Virus genome (UHGV): UHGV-0110765
Direction: 5' to 3' (one strand)
Length of the DNA stretch: 46,041 nucleotides
Source of the DNA: a virus
The notes under the pieces were generated by a model, which searched no databases, was not told the origin of the DNA, and saw only the letters and a list, made by a program, of their open reading frames with translations. Position 1 is the stretch's first letter. Every line of letters starts with the position of its first letter. This document shows positions 17,798-28,295 of the stretch, piece after piece. The translations under genes were made by a program, and so were the position numbers.

Positions 17798-18036
17798 TGG
17801 CTATCTATGTACTTGTAAAGTAATTCTATTTTAGCACAAATTCTCTCGTAGTCAGCTAGACCATCTGACAAGATTTCTCTTTTTACTAATACTTTAAGTG
17901 CCGATTTAAAATCAGTATAATATCCATCGTCCTTCCAACTTCCTTCTTTAGTTGGTTCTTTTGGTGTTGTTTTCTTTTGTAGGATTATATTTCTATCATC
18001 CTTTGCTATTATTCTATAATTTTCTGTAATAAACAT
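17788..18036 (-). CDS. hypothetical phage protein
   Basis: AGGAG RBS; WKDDGYY motif of a kind common in small phage proteins. Confidence 0.7.
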   Translation of the reverse strand: MFITENYRIIAKDDRNIILQKKTTPKEPTKEGSWKDDGYYTDFKSALKVLVKREILSDGLADYERICAKIELLYKYIDSQCD

Positions 18037-18081
18037 TTTTCACATCTCCTAAACTCTATAGTTTGTCCTTCTTCATTTATA

Positions 18082-18112
18082 ATTATACATCTAATGGAAT
18101 TGTCTGTCAATA
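18082..18112 (-). promoter_or_regulatory. sigma-A promoter of the polymerase operon with conserved element
   Basis: TTGACA-17bp-TATAAT. Confidence 0.85.
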
Positions 18113-18216
18113 GTTATTTTACAAAAATAAAAAGACAAGTATTTCTACTTGCCTTCTTTACTAAAATAATTAAAAATATATAATTTGGAGTGAGTTATGT
18201 ATATGGAACGTTAATC

Positions 18217-18828
18217 CTAGAAATCTGCTTCAGTAGCTTCTTCTACTTCTGCTTTCTTATTTCCCCAAGTTACCTTGCCTTCTAACATAGCTTCAACTTG
18301 TTGTTCAGGAGATAAGTCTAGTATTAACTTGTAATTTCTTCCTGTTACTTCAGGTACTTCTAAAGAATCAACATCTATGTCAACCTTTGTTGGGTCATAC
18401 ATCATAGTGTATTTTGTATCTTTTGATTTAGCTTTACCACTTCTTATTATCTCGAATGTGTGTTGAGTTAAATCTCCATACTTCCCTAACATTACCTGTA
18501 AGTCTTTTATTTGGTTTATACCTCTTTCCCAAAGTTCTACTTGGTTAGTAGCTGTATTGTAAAGTGGTAACATGATTTTTAAGTTTCTCTTTATACCAGC
18601 TTTGCAACATTCGCAGTTATTATCTAAACATAAAACTTTGTTGTTAAATCCATTGATTTCTACTTGGTGTATTGGTCTAGCAAACTTTAATATATCTTCC
18701 TCGTTACGGATTAATATTTTTACTGTTGCTCTATCTCCATCATCCTTTAAGCTAAAGAATTTAACAGAGTCAAAACTCTTTCCACCTTTGTTTCCTTCAA
18801 AACTTTTTAATAATTCTTGTAAACTCAT
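18217..18828 (-). CDS. single-stranded DNA-binding protein (gp32-like, Zn-binding)
   Basis: His/Cys cluster H...CLDNNCECC, acidic tail ending in F, own promoter TTGCAA-17bp-TATACT (18916-18944). Confidence 0.75.
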   Translation of the reverse strand: MSLQELLKSFEGNKGGKSFDSVKFFSLKDDGDRATVKILIRNEEDILKFARPIHQVEINGFNNKVLCLDNNCECCKAGIKRNLKIMLPLYNTATNQVELWERGINQIKDLQVMLGKYGDLTQHTFEIIRSGKAKSKDTKYTMMYDPTKVDIDVDSLEVPEVTGRNYKLILDLSPEQQVEAMLEGKVTWGNKKAEVEEATEADF

Positions 18829-19069
18829 TTTAGTTCCTCCTAATAGTTCCTATATTTTTTTTTGTTAAAAATTTTTATGTACTTGGAAATATCTCTCACC
18901 TTATTCCCTAATACAAGTATAACATAAAATACAACTCATTGCAATAAAAAATTTATAAAACCTGTATATTTTTCTAATAACCTTGGTTATACTAATAGAT
19001 TTATATAATATACTAGTGCATGATGGTAATTATATATTATAAATAAAATAAATATATTATATAATATTA

Positions 19070-19107
19070 AGCTAACCTTTGGTTAGCTAGTAAGCCTTCG
19101 GCTTACT
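19070..19107. other. twin triloop hairpin, copy 1
   Basis: Minus strand AGTAAGCC-GAA-GGCTTACT AGCTAACC-AAA-GGTTAGCT. Confidence 0.85.
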
Positions 19108-19141
19108 CTATTATTATATTCATAGGTTATTGGTTAATTAT

Positions 19142-19246
19142 ATAATACACCATACCACTATACCTTGTCAACACTTTTAGAAAAAAAAAATTAAATTATT
19201 TATTTTAACCAAAACTATTGCATCCTATACATGCTAGTGTTATAAT
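19142..19246. promoter_or_regulatory. divergent sigma-A promoters
   Basis: Minus TTGACA-18bp-TATTAT (19171-19142); plus TTGCAT-17bp-TATAAT (19218-19246). Confidence 0.7.
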
Positions 19247-19297
19247 TAACTCAAGTTAGTTCTCTCACACTAACCAAATAGCTTTTAGAAGGGATGA

Positions 19298-19633
19298 ATG
19301 AGTATGATAAACTATAAGAATAAAACTTTTAGTGATGAAGTTGTTAAGGAAATGTTAAGTCAACCTGTTAGAGTTACATTAGGAGATACAATCACGCATA
19401 CGGTGAATAAGAAACTAGAGGAAGAGTCTGTTAGACTAGCTAAAGCAGTTTGTGAATATGAAGAAATAGTACATAATTTAGAGCAAGACTTACATAATGT
19501 GATTCATGAGAGAGATGAATACAAAACTATGTATCAAGAGATGCGTGATATGTATAATAAACTAATAGATGAATACAATGGATTAGTTGATGATTACAAT
19601 AATGCGATAACTGAATATGTGTTTAAAGAATAA
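19298..19633 (+). CDS. coiled-coil hypothetical protein, monocistronic
   Basis: Own promoter and terminator; heptad C-terminal half. Confidence 0.75.
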   Translation: MSMINYKNKTFSDEVVKEMLSQPVRVTLGDTITHTVNKKLEEESVRLAKAVCEYEEIVHNLEQDLHNVIHERDEYKTMYQEMRDMYNKLIDEYNGLVDDYNNAITEYVFKE

Positions 19634-19666
19634 AAAAAAAATAGCTACCTGTTTGGGTAGCTTTTT
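19632..19666. terminator. bidirectional terminator
   Basis: A-tract AGCTACC-TGTTTG-GGTAGCT T-tract between convergent genes. Confidence 0.85.
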
Positions 19667-19924
19667 CTATTTAATCTTCTCAAATATTATATTTACTTTG
19701 TCTTGAATGTCATTTACTAGTAAAGCAAACTGTGCATTTACAGAAGCTATTTCTGAATTAGTCTTAACAAGTTCTGCATTATTTTGTGCTAACTGATTAT
19801 TAGTCTCTAATACTCTACTCGTAACTACTTGAGTGTCTTTATATATGTTCCAACAAGCGTATGATAGCCCCATGATAGCTACTGTAGATATAGGTAATCT
19901 TTCAACTATCTCAATCCACTCCAT
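19667..19924 (-). CDS. holin-like protein (BhlA/UviB-like)
   Basis: One N-terminal hydrophobic helix plus coiled coil, directly after the lysin. Confidence 0.6.
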   Translation of the reverse strand: MEWIEIVERLPISTVAIMGLSYACWNIYKDTQVVTSRVLETNNQLAQNNAELVKTNSEIASVNAQFALLVNDIQDKVNIIFEKIK

Positions 19925-19925
19925 A

Positions 19926-20579
19926 CTATTTCACCACCAAGAATGTATCTTTAAACCCTTTAGATATTGCTTCTTGTTTTAACTTCTCTGCATTAGCTTT
20001 TGTACAAGTACCTATAACTACACGATACAGAGTATCACTAGAAGCCGATATATTAGGGCTGACAGGCTTTTCAACTATTTCTTGACCTATTATACCTTCT
20101 GCTATTAATTTAGCTGTATAAGCCTTATTAGAAAGGTATTTATCAGTATCTACCTTACTGTCTACAAAACAAGTTTCAACTAATATAGCAGGTGCATTAG
20201 TTTTGTTTAACCAATATAAGTCAGTTCTTTGTTTTACACCTCTTTGCTTATACATCTTACCTAATGATTTAGTAACTTGTTCAGCATACTTCTTACCACT
20301 AGTAGTTTTGTATAAAGTTTCTGTACCTGTACCTCCACCAGCGTTGAAATGTATTTGTACAACTAAATCATATTTAGACTTATTAGCTATTGCTACTTGT
20401 TCAGCTAGGTAATTGTCAGATTTATTTATCTCACCATAAACTGCTGTATGTCCAGCTTGGTTTAAATACTCAACAACCTTTTTAGCTACTACCCTATTTT
20501 CAGTAGATTCATTAATATACCCTACTGCTCCTGTACCTTTTCCTGAAGTTGTATGACCTGCAACAACACATATTTTCAT
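19926..20579 (-). CDS. N-acetylmuramoyl-L-alanine amidase endolysin (Amidase_3) with SPOR-like C-terminus
   Basis: AGH, E, IHFNA, ILVETCFVD; C-terminal LYRVVIG...GFKDTF. Confidence 0.93.
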   Translation of the reverse strand: MKICVVAGHTTSGKGTGAVGYINESTENRVVAKKVVEYLNQAGHTAVYGEINKSDNYLAEQVAIANKSKYDLVVQIHFNAGGGTGTETLYKTTSGKKYAEQVTKSLGKMYKQRGVKQRTDLYWLNKTNAPAILVETCFVDSKVDTDKYLSNKAYTAKLIAEGIIGQEIVEKPVSPNISASSDTLYRVVIGTCTKANAEKLKQEAISKGFKDTFLVVK

Positions 20580-20870
20580 AAAAACATTCCCCCTTAAAAT
20601 TATTATATTGTTCGTAAAACACATCTATTCCTCAATGTCAATACAAAATTATGTTATGCACTTGTTTAGAATTACTAAATTCCTAATACCCTACTAAATA
20701 TCAGGATTCAGTAATTCCAACAAGTGTGTATTTGTCAAGTATTAATTTGTTTATAAATATTAAACTTTTTGAACAACCTCGTAAATTAGATTGTAAGGTT
20801 GTTCGGATTATATCCTAAAGTAATCAATCCTTGAAGAATTACATCGCTTCCAAACCCTTTTATTTTGAGT

Positions 20871-23800
20871 TTATTTAGGGAATCCATTTGACCAGCTTTG
20901 TGGGACAGTAGTCATACTAAATCTTCTCCACTCATTAGTAATTTCTACCATTTTAGGTTGACATACACCTTTATTATGTTGCCAACTATCATGGAACATT
21001 AAGCCCTCTTTTAACCACCAATCTCCACCACAATTACTACAATAATGAGTTTGGTCTCTATCATCCACACCATTTTCATCCCACTTAACTTTTCTCAAAT
21101 CTATACAAGTATAAATATACTCGTATTTTGTATCGAAGTTTTTAACATCTGAAAATGGATGATACATACAGTTTTCTGATTGAAGTTGTCCCGTATTCCA
21201 ATTCATCGCATCAATTTTATTCTTCTCTCTTAAAATTATAGTTTTTGATGTGCTAGATTGTTTAACACTATCTCCAAAATATCTATTACTGTCTCCACTA
21301 AATGACTCTGCATAAAAATTACCATTTGGTACAGGTAGGTGTTGAACTAACTCCCACGCTCCATTATGCCAACCATAAACTTTTATATCCTTCATCTCAA
21401 CACCTGTATTTTGAGTAAAAGGTGTTCCTTCAACTCTATATATATTTGACCAACACCCTAGTGCTTGAAACGCACCTGTTCCTGGACATCCACTTTGACC
21501 ACAACTGTGAGCCATAGCATATGGTCTATCTTGATTTTCCCATCTTGAATTATATTTCCAACCCGTTATATTACCATTAGGAATAGCTTCGTGTGCTTGA
21601 CCCATTGGGTACATTTTGTCAAGTATATACTCACTTTTACAAGACTCTTCGTACTCATTTGAAGTCATTCCACTTCCTCCACCACTTGAGGGTGCAGTAA
21701 CTGTTACAGAACAAGAAACCTCAAATCTCCCATCAGAAGTTCTAAATCTTATTGAAGTTTGTCCTTGACCTACTCCTGTTATTCTGTATCTATGACTTCC
21801 TAAATCAGATACACTAGCAATAGCTCCACTACTACTCATACACTCAATATTTTTGTTTATAACATCACTTCCAAATGATATTGTTACGTCAACAGTTTTA
21901 CCACGTTCTATTGAAACACTTTCAGGTGCTACTTTTATTCCAGAGGTAGTTGTACTTCCACTTCCTCCACCACTACTTGCAGTTACGGTAACACGAATAT
22001 CATATTTGTGTCCACCATCATCTGTTGTAGCAGTAACCTTTGAATAACCAACACCTTTTGCCGTTATTAAACCATTTGAACTAACATCAACAGCAAGAGT
22101 ATTATCAGAGTACCAATGTATCAATTTGTTTGTGGCGCTTGAAGGAATAACACTTGCAATTATTTGTCTTGTTTGTCCAACTTGTAAATTAACTTCCCAT
22201 TCAGAACAGTTAATGCCTGTTACAGGAATGTTAGCACTACCAGAGTTATTTTTTAGTGCTTCAACATCTGCCTTTACTTTTGTAAGTTCAGAAGAAAGTG
22301 TATCAATAGTGCTTTTTAATGAGTTTATATAAGTATCATCAGTAATCAAACTAGAAACATAACTACTTAAATTACTTATATCATTTGTACTATGAGTATG
22401 TGTTTTATTAGCGTAATCAGAGTGAGTATGTGATGTACTTGCATAGTTATGTGTATGATTAGACAGAGCATACTCGCTATGATTGTGTGATACATCTGCA
22501 TAATTGTGAGTGTGGCTAGATGAAGCGTATTCAGTATGTGTATGCGTTTTATTAGCATAATCAGAATGTGTATGAGAAGCATTTGCTTTACCATTCCACT
22601 CATTTACTTTAATTTGAGTTATAGAGTTTAATACACTTAAATTAGAGTGAGTATGTTTATCTCCTACTTCTATTTTAGCTATTTCCTCATTTACAAATGT
22701 TTTAGTTGCATAAGCTGACAAGTCAACCTCTCCACTTCCACCTAGTTGTGCTTTAGTTATTTCTTCTGATATTTTGTTATCAGTTTCAGTTTTAGTGTAA
22801 GTATCAACTTTATCTGCTTTATAAGAAATATCTTGATGTTCTGTTAAATATTGACTATGAGTATGAACTTTATCAGCTTTATTATTTACAACTTCATCAG
22901 TTTCAGATTTAGTGTAATAATTAGATAAGTCTATATTTATATTATCTAACCCTTCTATCTCACTTACATTATGAGTATGAGTAGCGTCTGCTTTATTATT
23001 CCATTCATTCACTTTAGTTTGAGTTATACTATTTATTACACTTAAATTAGAGTGAGTATGTCCGTCGCCAGAACCTTCACCACTTCCATCAATACCTCTT
23101 GGAATATAGAAGTTGAATATTGGGTTTTCTAACGTACCAACTCTCTCAACATTTGCTTGTTCAGTTGGCTCAAGAGTTACAACTTTACCAACTTTAATGT
23201 TTGGAGTTATACCATTATCACCCTTCTCACCCTTATCTCCTTTAAGTTCCTCTTTACTTGGGATACTAGCTATAGCATCTGCGATATCTTGCTCTCCTTT
23301 AGATACAACACCATCTAAACGAACTATTGCACCCTCTACTTCACCTAGTGCTGTATTTACATTAGATAAAGTTACAACAACTTCATCTACAGTTTCTCTA
23401 CCTTCTTGAATAATACCTTGCATCTCTGATTCTAAAGATACAACTCTATCTAAAGATTGCTCTACAGCATCAACAGCTTCTTCAGTTTGTGTGATTAAAG
23501 ATGTTAATATAGGAACTCTGTCATCTTCCATTATAAAGTCATCCATATCTAAACTTTGCGCAACACTATAACTCATTTGTGGAGTACCCACAGTTTTTGT
23601 TTCTGATAGATGTATCTTTATGTCGAATGCGTATATACCATCTAATCTTGTACCTACTGCACCTAATTCAATCTCAATTATGTTGTCTTGAATACATTCG
23701 CATTCTACTTCAAACATACTAGCATCAGGTCTTAATACTGTACAAAGAACCTTGCACCCATATACATTATACGGAGCATTGTTGTGCATTAATGCAACAG

Positions 23801-23948
23801 ATATAACCCCTGTTCGTATATCTGAAGATACAAACTGTATGTCTTCAGTAGACTTGATACCTCTTTTGATATCAACTATAACAGGGTATACTTTATCTCC
23901 TACAGCATTAGTGTAAGCAACTCTAGTTCTACTTTTGAATAGTTCCAT
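20871..23948 (-). CDS. baseplate upper protein / tail fibre, receptor-binding
   Basis: BppU-like N-terminus, coiled coil, GXY collagen triplets, HxH repeats, two Big_2-like Ig domains. Confidence 0.8.
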   Translation of the reverse strand: MELFKSRTRVAYTNAVGDKVYPVIVDIKRGIKSTEDIQFVSSDIRTGVISVALMHNNAPYNVYGCKVLCTVLRPDASMFEVECECIQDNIIEIELGAVGTRLDGIYAFDIKIHLSETKTVGTPQMSYSVAQSLDMDDFIMEDDRVPILTSLITQTEEAVDAVEQSLDRVVSLESEMQGIIQEGRETVDEVVVTLSNVNTALGEVEGAIVRLDGVVSKGEQDIADAIASIPSKEELKGDKGEKGDNGITPNIKVGKVVTLEPTEQANVERVGTLENPIFNFYIPRGIDGSGEGSGDGHTHSNLSVINSITQTKVNEWNNKADATHTHNVSEIEGLDNINIDLSNYYTKSETDEVVNNKADKVHTHSQYLTEHQDISYKADKVDTYTKTETDNKISEEITKAQLGGSGEVDLSAYATKTFVNEEIAKIEVGDKHTHSNLSVLNSITQIKVNEWNGKANASHTHSDYANKTHTHTEYASSSHTHNYADVSHNHSEYALSNHTHNYASTSHTHSDYANKTHTHSTNDISNLSSYVSSLITDDTYINSLKSTIDTLSSELTKVKADVEALKNNSGSANIPVTGINCSEWEVNLQVGQTRQIIASVIPSSATNKLIHWYSDNTLAVDVSSNGLITAKGVGYSKVTATTDDGGHKYDIRVTVTASSGGGSGSTTTSGIKVAPESVSIERGKTVDVTISFGSDVINKNIECMSSSGAIASVSDLGSHRYRITGVGQGQTSIRFRTSDGRFEVSCSVTVTAPSSGGGSGMTSNEYEESCKSEYILDKMYPMGQAHEAIPNGNITGWKYNSRWENQDRPYAMAHSCGQSGCPGTGAFQALGCWSNIYRVEGTPFTQNTGVEMKDIKVYGWHNGAWELVQHLPVPNGNFYAESFSGDSNRYFGDSVKQSSTSKTIILREKNKIDAMNWNTGQLQSENCMYHPFSDVKNFDTKYEYIYTCIDLRKVKWDENGVDDRDQTHYCSNCGGDWWLKEGLMFHDSWQHNKGVCQPKMVEITNEWRRFSMTTVPQSWSNGFPK

Positions 23949-23950
23949 AC

Positions 23951-26900
23951 CTATTCCCCCTTATTTAATAATAATTTTAGTTCGTTGTTCTCTTGTTTTA
24001 GAGAACCAACTTCTTTTTCTAAATCATGCATTTTACTATAAAGAAGTTTAATCATTTCATTCAAATCATAACTTACATTCCCTTTTGCATCTACTTCAGA
24101 TATATCTTCGTTTGCAATTAATATGTCGGCATCATTATTTATATCAACGGTTAATCCACTTGCAAGAGTATATGAACTTTGAGGATTAACTAATCGTGCA
24201 TTAAGTATTGCGTTGTAGTTAGCTTCTAAATCTCTATACATATCAACGTGTTGCCAATAGTCATTAAGTGTGAACAAAGGGTTATTACCTAAATCATACC
24301 ATTTATTCGTCTGTAATTTATCGGTACCTAAAGCACTTGAATTTCTTAAAGTATTACCTCTCATGTTAATACTATTAGTATTAAGTTCCATATCTATATC
24401 AGCTTGGCTAGTGTCAAAATTAAATGTAACATAGTGTGTTGGATTCGGACTTCTATTCGTCATTACATCTGTCCAAGTAGCATCTCTACCAATAGTAAAT
24501 ATGTTAGCATGTTTTCCTAATAAAAAACCTACTCCTTTATAACTTGAATTTGACTTTAGTACAGACCCCATTGTACTCATAAATGTATCGTTTGCATTAT
24601 TATATATACAAACCTGTCCTCCGTACAAAGACATATCTCTATTGTTATTGATTGCCCTAAAATCCATTGAAGTAGGATTTATGTTTATCCTATCATTGAT
24701 ACCATTAAATCCAATCTGTATGTCATTAGAACTTTGTCTAATAATAGAACTAACATCTTTACTAGTTATTTTTGATGAAATCTCACTAGCTGTTTGAGTT
24801 TTATAACTCTCAAAATCTTCGCGTGAAACTTTACTAGAAATTTGGTTTGCAGTTTGCTCTATTAAACTAGTATTACTGTTTACCTTATTATTCATATCTT
24901 TTATGAATTGTGATTCTTGAACTACACTTGTTATAGCCTTATCAGTAATCTTTTGTTCTGCTGAAGATAGTCTAGATTCTTGGTTAGTTACTTTACCTGC
25001 TAATTCAGTTGTAGTAGTTTCTAACTTACTTACACTTTGAGATATCTTACCTGTCTCTACCTTGATTTCAGCTTTAGCTGAAGATATCTTTTCTTCAACT
25101 TTAGTTTCTATATCAGCAGGGTTAGCTTTCCAATTAGTCTTCTTATTTCCTAATTCTACTTGTACATTGCTTATAATGAATGTTCCTTGTAAGTTATTAC
25201 TTCTAAACCTAAAGTTTAATGTAGTTCCTGCTTTAAATGCAGGGAATTTAGTTTTAAACGATATGCTTCCACTTGAATTTCCATCTACTAATAAATTCTT
25301 GAAACATTCTACTTTAGGTACATATTGTGTAGCACCATCCTCTTTAGTAGATATTGCTTGGAAGTATATCTCCCCTTTATCAAGAATAAGTAAATCCTTA
25401 AACTCATAATCAAAACTTACCACTACATCTTGGTTAGAAGTATTATCTAATACAGGGTAGCAAGGTATATTTTGATTATCTGCACCATTTAATGTAAAAG
25501 TCTTTGCATTAATAGTCCCTAAAGCATAGTTTACAGCACCTACCTCTATTTCCTCTATAGTCCTATCTATATCAGTTTGTTCAACCTTAAGTGCTATCTG
25601 ACCTTTCATAGCTGATATCTCACTAGTATTCTTCTCCAACTTACTAGACATATCCTTCTTATCAGACGTATAAACTTGTTCATCCACCTTAAGTTTTATA
25701 GCGTTCTCATTTGCTTCTATTTGAGAATATGCTTGCGTTATTCTCTCACTATCTTCTGTTTGCTTATTAGTAATCTCTGATAACTTAACACCAAGGTTAG
25801 TACCATCTACTTCAACTTTAGTTCCTTGTATAACTTCTGTACCATCTGTATTTATTTTGTTAATTACAGAGTTTATATTAAGTTTAGCACCATCTATATT
25901 AGCATCCTCGTTTATCTTATCATTTGTGATAGACCCATTTGTGATACCTTCGCTAGTTACACCGTTCTCGTCTAACAAGATAGTTTGTCCATCTGCACCT
26001 CTAACTCTTAAACCGTATACAGTACCATCACCATTTACATCCCCTACAGAAACTCTCTCTTTTGCTTGATTACCTACTCCTTGGAATACTTGCATTCTAT
26101 TTCCTTTTAAACGTAAATGTCCATTAGCACCTTGTATAGTTACTTTAGAAGTATCTATAGTACCAGCTTCTATCTTACCAGCATCTATTTTAGATATTTG
26201 TGCATTACCTATAGCACCTTCTGCTATAATACCACTACCAGCAGTAATTGCTCCTGATTGGATATGACCTGCTGTTATTGTATTTGAACTTATGTGGTTA
26301 GAGTGTATCGTATTAGATTGGATATGTTCAGCTTGAATTGTATTAGCTTTTAAGTGTTTAGTATCTATTGAGTTAGCTTGTATGTGGTCTGAAGTTATAC
26401 TATCTGCTACTAAATGATTTGTAGTTATTTGGTTTGACATTATATGGTCAGCTAAAATTTGTTCAGCCTTTATGTGAGTAGACTCGATACTACCTGAAGA
26501 TATATGGTCTGAATTTATGCTATCATTTTCTATCTTATCTCCTGATATAGTTCCATCTGATATACTACCACCATTGATACTACCATCACTACCTATAACG
26601 GATTGGGTCATATCTGCTATAGTTTGTAATCTCTTGTAATAATCTTCAAAAGTTGCACCCTTATTGGCAATATGTATAGTATCTTTATCAGGCTCTAATA
26701 AGTTGTATGTACGTTGTATAACCCTTTGTTGTATCCTTGTTTCAGTATCACCATCTATTATAGTAACTATATCCCCAAGACCATACTTAAACTCATCGTA
26801 TCCCTTTAATGCATATAGGTCATCAACCAATACTTCGTATGTTTCATACGGAATAGCCATCTCGTCTAAAAACCTTCTAGCATCATCCATTAATGCCTTT

Positions 26901-27595
26901 GGATTATCATGTTTATCTGATTGCCATATACCGTATATATTTTTATTAGAGTAAGACTTATTCTCTAGATAGTTCTTACCATTATTAACACTCTCTATAG
27001 TTAATCCATCTTTACCTATAGGTATAACCCTAGTAATATATTTGTGAGTATGTGTGTCTACATTTAGTTGTTTAAGGTTGATATCATTAATAAAATATAC
27101 TCCTGCATCCTTACCTACTTTATCAACAAAAGTAACAGTTTTATTATATGTATCAAATATGAACTCTACGTTATATACAGTACACATCATTTGTAATAGG
27201 TTGTACGAGTTAGTAACAGTACCGTATAAGTTCCTTTTAACCTTACAAGAAGATTTGTCTATTGCTCTCCACTTTGTACCACTTAAAACTAGTTCAGCAC
27301 ACTTCATAAGAGTATTATCTCTCGATATAAATTTAGACCAAGCCATACCAAGAATTTCCTCTATGTTTAGCATACAAACAACATCTCTATTTGTTCCATG
27401 TGTAACAATTTCTTTTATTACATACTCATGGTCGTTTTCTACTTGTATATATCCTTCTAACTCCAAGTGTTTATAAGTAGAAGGTACAGAGAAAGTTAAT
27501 TCTCCTATACCTCCTAACTCATTAACTATTACAGGAGATATTGGGTTTTCTAATAAATCAACTTGATTCTTTTTTCTAGTAAATATTTTAAACAT
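23951..27595 (-). CDS. minor tail protein (Tal / tail spike)
   Basis: Prophage tail N-domain (TRVIPIGKDGL), IxxxHI beta-helix repeats, coiled coils; follows Dit. Confidence 0.85.
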   Translation of the reverse strand: MFKIFTRKKNQVDLLENPISPVIVNELGGIGELTFSVPSTYKHLELEGYIQVENDHEYVIKEIVTHGTNRDVVCMLNIEEILGMAWSKFISRDNTLMKCAELVLSGTKWRAIDKSSCKVKRNLYGTVTNSYNLLQMMCTVYNVEFIFDTYNKTVTFVDKVGKDAGVYFINDINLKQLNVDTHTHKYITRVIPIGKDGLTIESVNNGKNYLENKSYSNKNIYGIWQSDKHDNPKALMDDARRFLDEMAIPYETYEVLVDDLYALKGYDEFKYGLGDIVTIIDGDTETRIQQRVIQRTYNLLEPDKDTIHIANKGATFEDYYKRLQTIADMTQSVIGSDGSINGGSISDGTISGDKIENDSINSDHISSGSIESTHIKAEQILADHIMSNQITTNHLVADSITSDHIQANSIDTKHLKANTIQAEHIQSNTIHSNHISSNTITAGHIQSGAITAGSGIIAEGAIGNAQISKIDAGKIEAGTIDTSKVTIQGANGHLRLKGNRMQVFQGVGNQAKERVSVGDVNGDGTVYGLRVRGADGQTILLDENGVTSEGITNGSITNDKINEDANIDGAKLNINSVINKINTDGTEVIQGTKVEVDGTNLGVKLSEITNKQTEDSERITQAYSQIEANENAIKLKVDEQVYTSDKKDMSSKLEKNTSEISAMKGQIALKVEQTDIDRTIEEIEVGAVNYALGTINAKTFTLNGADNQNIPCYPVLDNTSNQDVVVSFDYEFKDLLILDKGEIYFQAISTKEDGATQYVPKVECFKNLLVDGNSSGSISFKTKFPAFKAGTTLNFRFRSNNLQGTFIISNVQVELGNKKTNWKANPADIETKVEEKISSAKAEIKVETGKISQSVSKLETTTTELAGKVTNQESRLSSAEQKITDKAITSVVQESQFIKDMNNKVNSNTSLIEQTANQISSKVSREDFESYKTQTASEISSKITSKDVSSIIRQSSNDIQIGFNGINDRININPTSMDFRAINNNRDMSLYGGQVCIYNNANDTFMSTMGSVLKSNSSYKGVGFLLGKHANIFTIGRDATWTDVMTNRSPNPTHYVTFNFDTSQADIDMELNTNSINMRGNTLRNSSALGTDKLQTNKWYDLGNNPLFTLNDYWQHVDMYRDLEANYNAILNARLVNPQSSYTLASGLTVDINNDADILIANEDISEVDAKGNVSYDLNEMIKLLYSKMHDLEKEVGSLKQENNELKLLLNKGE

Positions 27596-27598
27596 AAT

Positions 27599-28285
27599 CT
27601 AATACCTCTCATAATAATTTACTTGGATTTCACAACTTGCGGAAGCAAATATTTGTGTATATCCTACAGGCAATTTTGGTAAATGGAATGACTTTAATTT
27701 AGGTATACCATTTTCCCCATTTATACGAATCACACCTTCATAAGTGTTTATGTATATATCTGCATTATTAGGTAAATCTTTTAATACTACAGTCCTCTCG
27801 AAACCTTGTATAGTGAATTCAGCTTGTGCTACAGGTAGTGTTATATTCACTATAGCAGGTGTAGGATAAGCACCTCTGTTATTAATATCTAGTGTAGTAT
27901 TTCCTGATACACTTTTCATATCAGATAACCCATAATCACTATCTAACACAAAATCTAACCTATATGTATCCTCGTTAAGTTTAGTGTATTCAGGTTTTTG
28001 TTTTAAGTACATAGTGTAGTTTAATCTTATATCGTCAAATCTAACTACACCACCTTTTCTAAACTCCTCACACATAAGACCCATATTTTTAAGAAATATT
28101 TCCTCTGTCTTTGCCTTAACTAAAAAGTAAAGTAATACATCTTTGAATTCTAAAGAATTGCCATAGAATGATGGCATATCCATCATGTAATCCCATCTAG
28201 CATTATAAGAAACTCTATTAGAAGATATATTTCTATCTAATAAAGTAGCACCAAATGTTGATATGTGTTTTCCATTTATTTTCAT
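27599..28285 (-). CDS. distal tail protein (Dit)
   Basis: Position after TMP; INNRG..TP and YYERY C-terminus. Confidence 0.8.
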   Translation of the reverse strand: MKINGKHISTFGATLLDRNISSNRVSYNARWDYMMDMPSFYGNSLEFKDVLLYFLVKAKTEEIFLKNMGLMCEEFRKGGVVRFDDIRLNYTMYLKQKPEYTKLNEDTYRLDFVLDSDYGLSDMKSVSGNTTLDINNRGAYPTPAIVNITLPVAQAEFTIQGFERTVVLKDLPNNADIYINTYEGVIRINGENGIPKLKSFHLPKLPVGYTQIFASASCEIQVNYYERY

Positions 28286-28295
28286 TATATACCTC

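Noticed and set aside
20871..23948. Diversity-generating retroelement target
   Set aside because: No reverse transcriptase and no adenine-specific TR/VR pair visible
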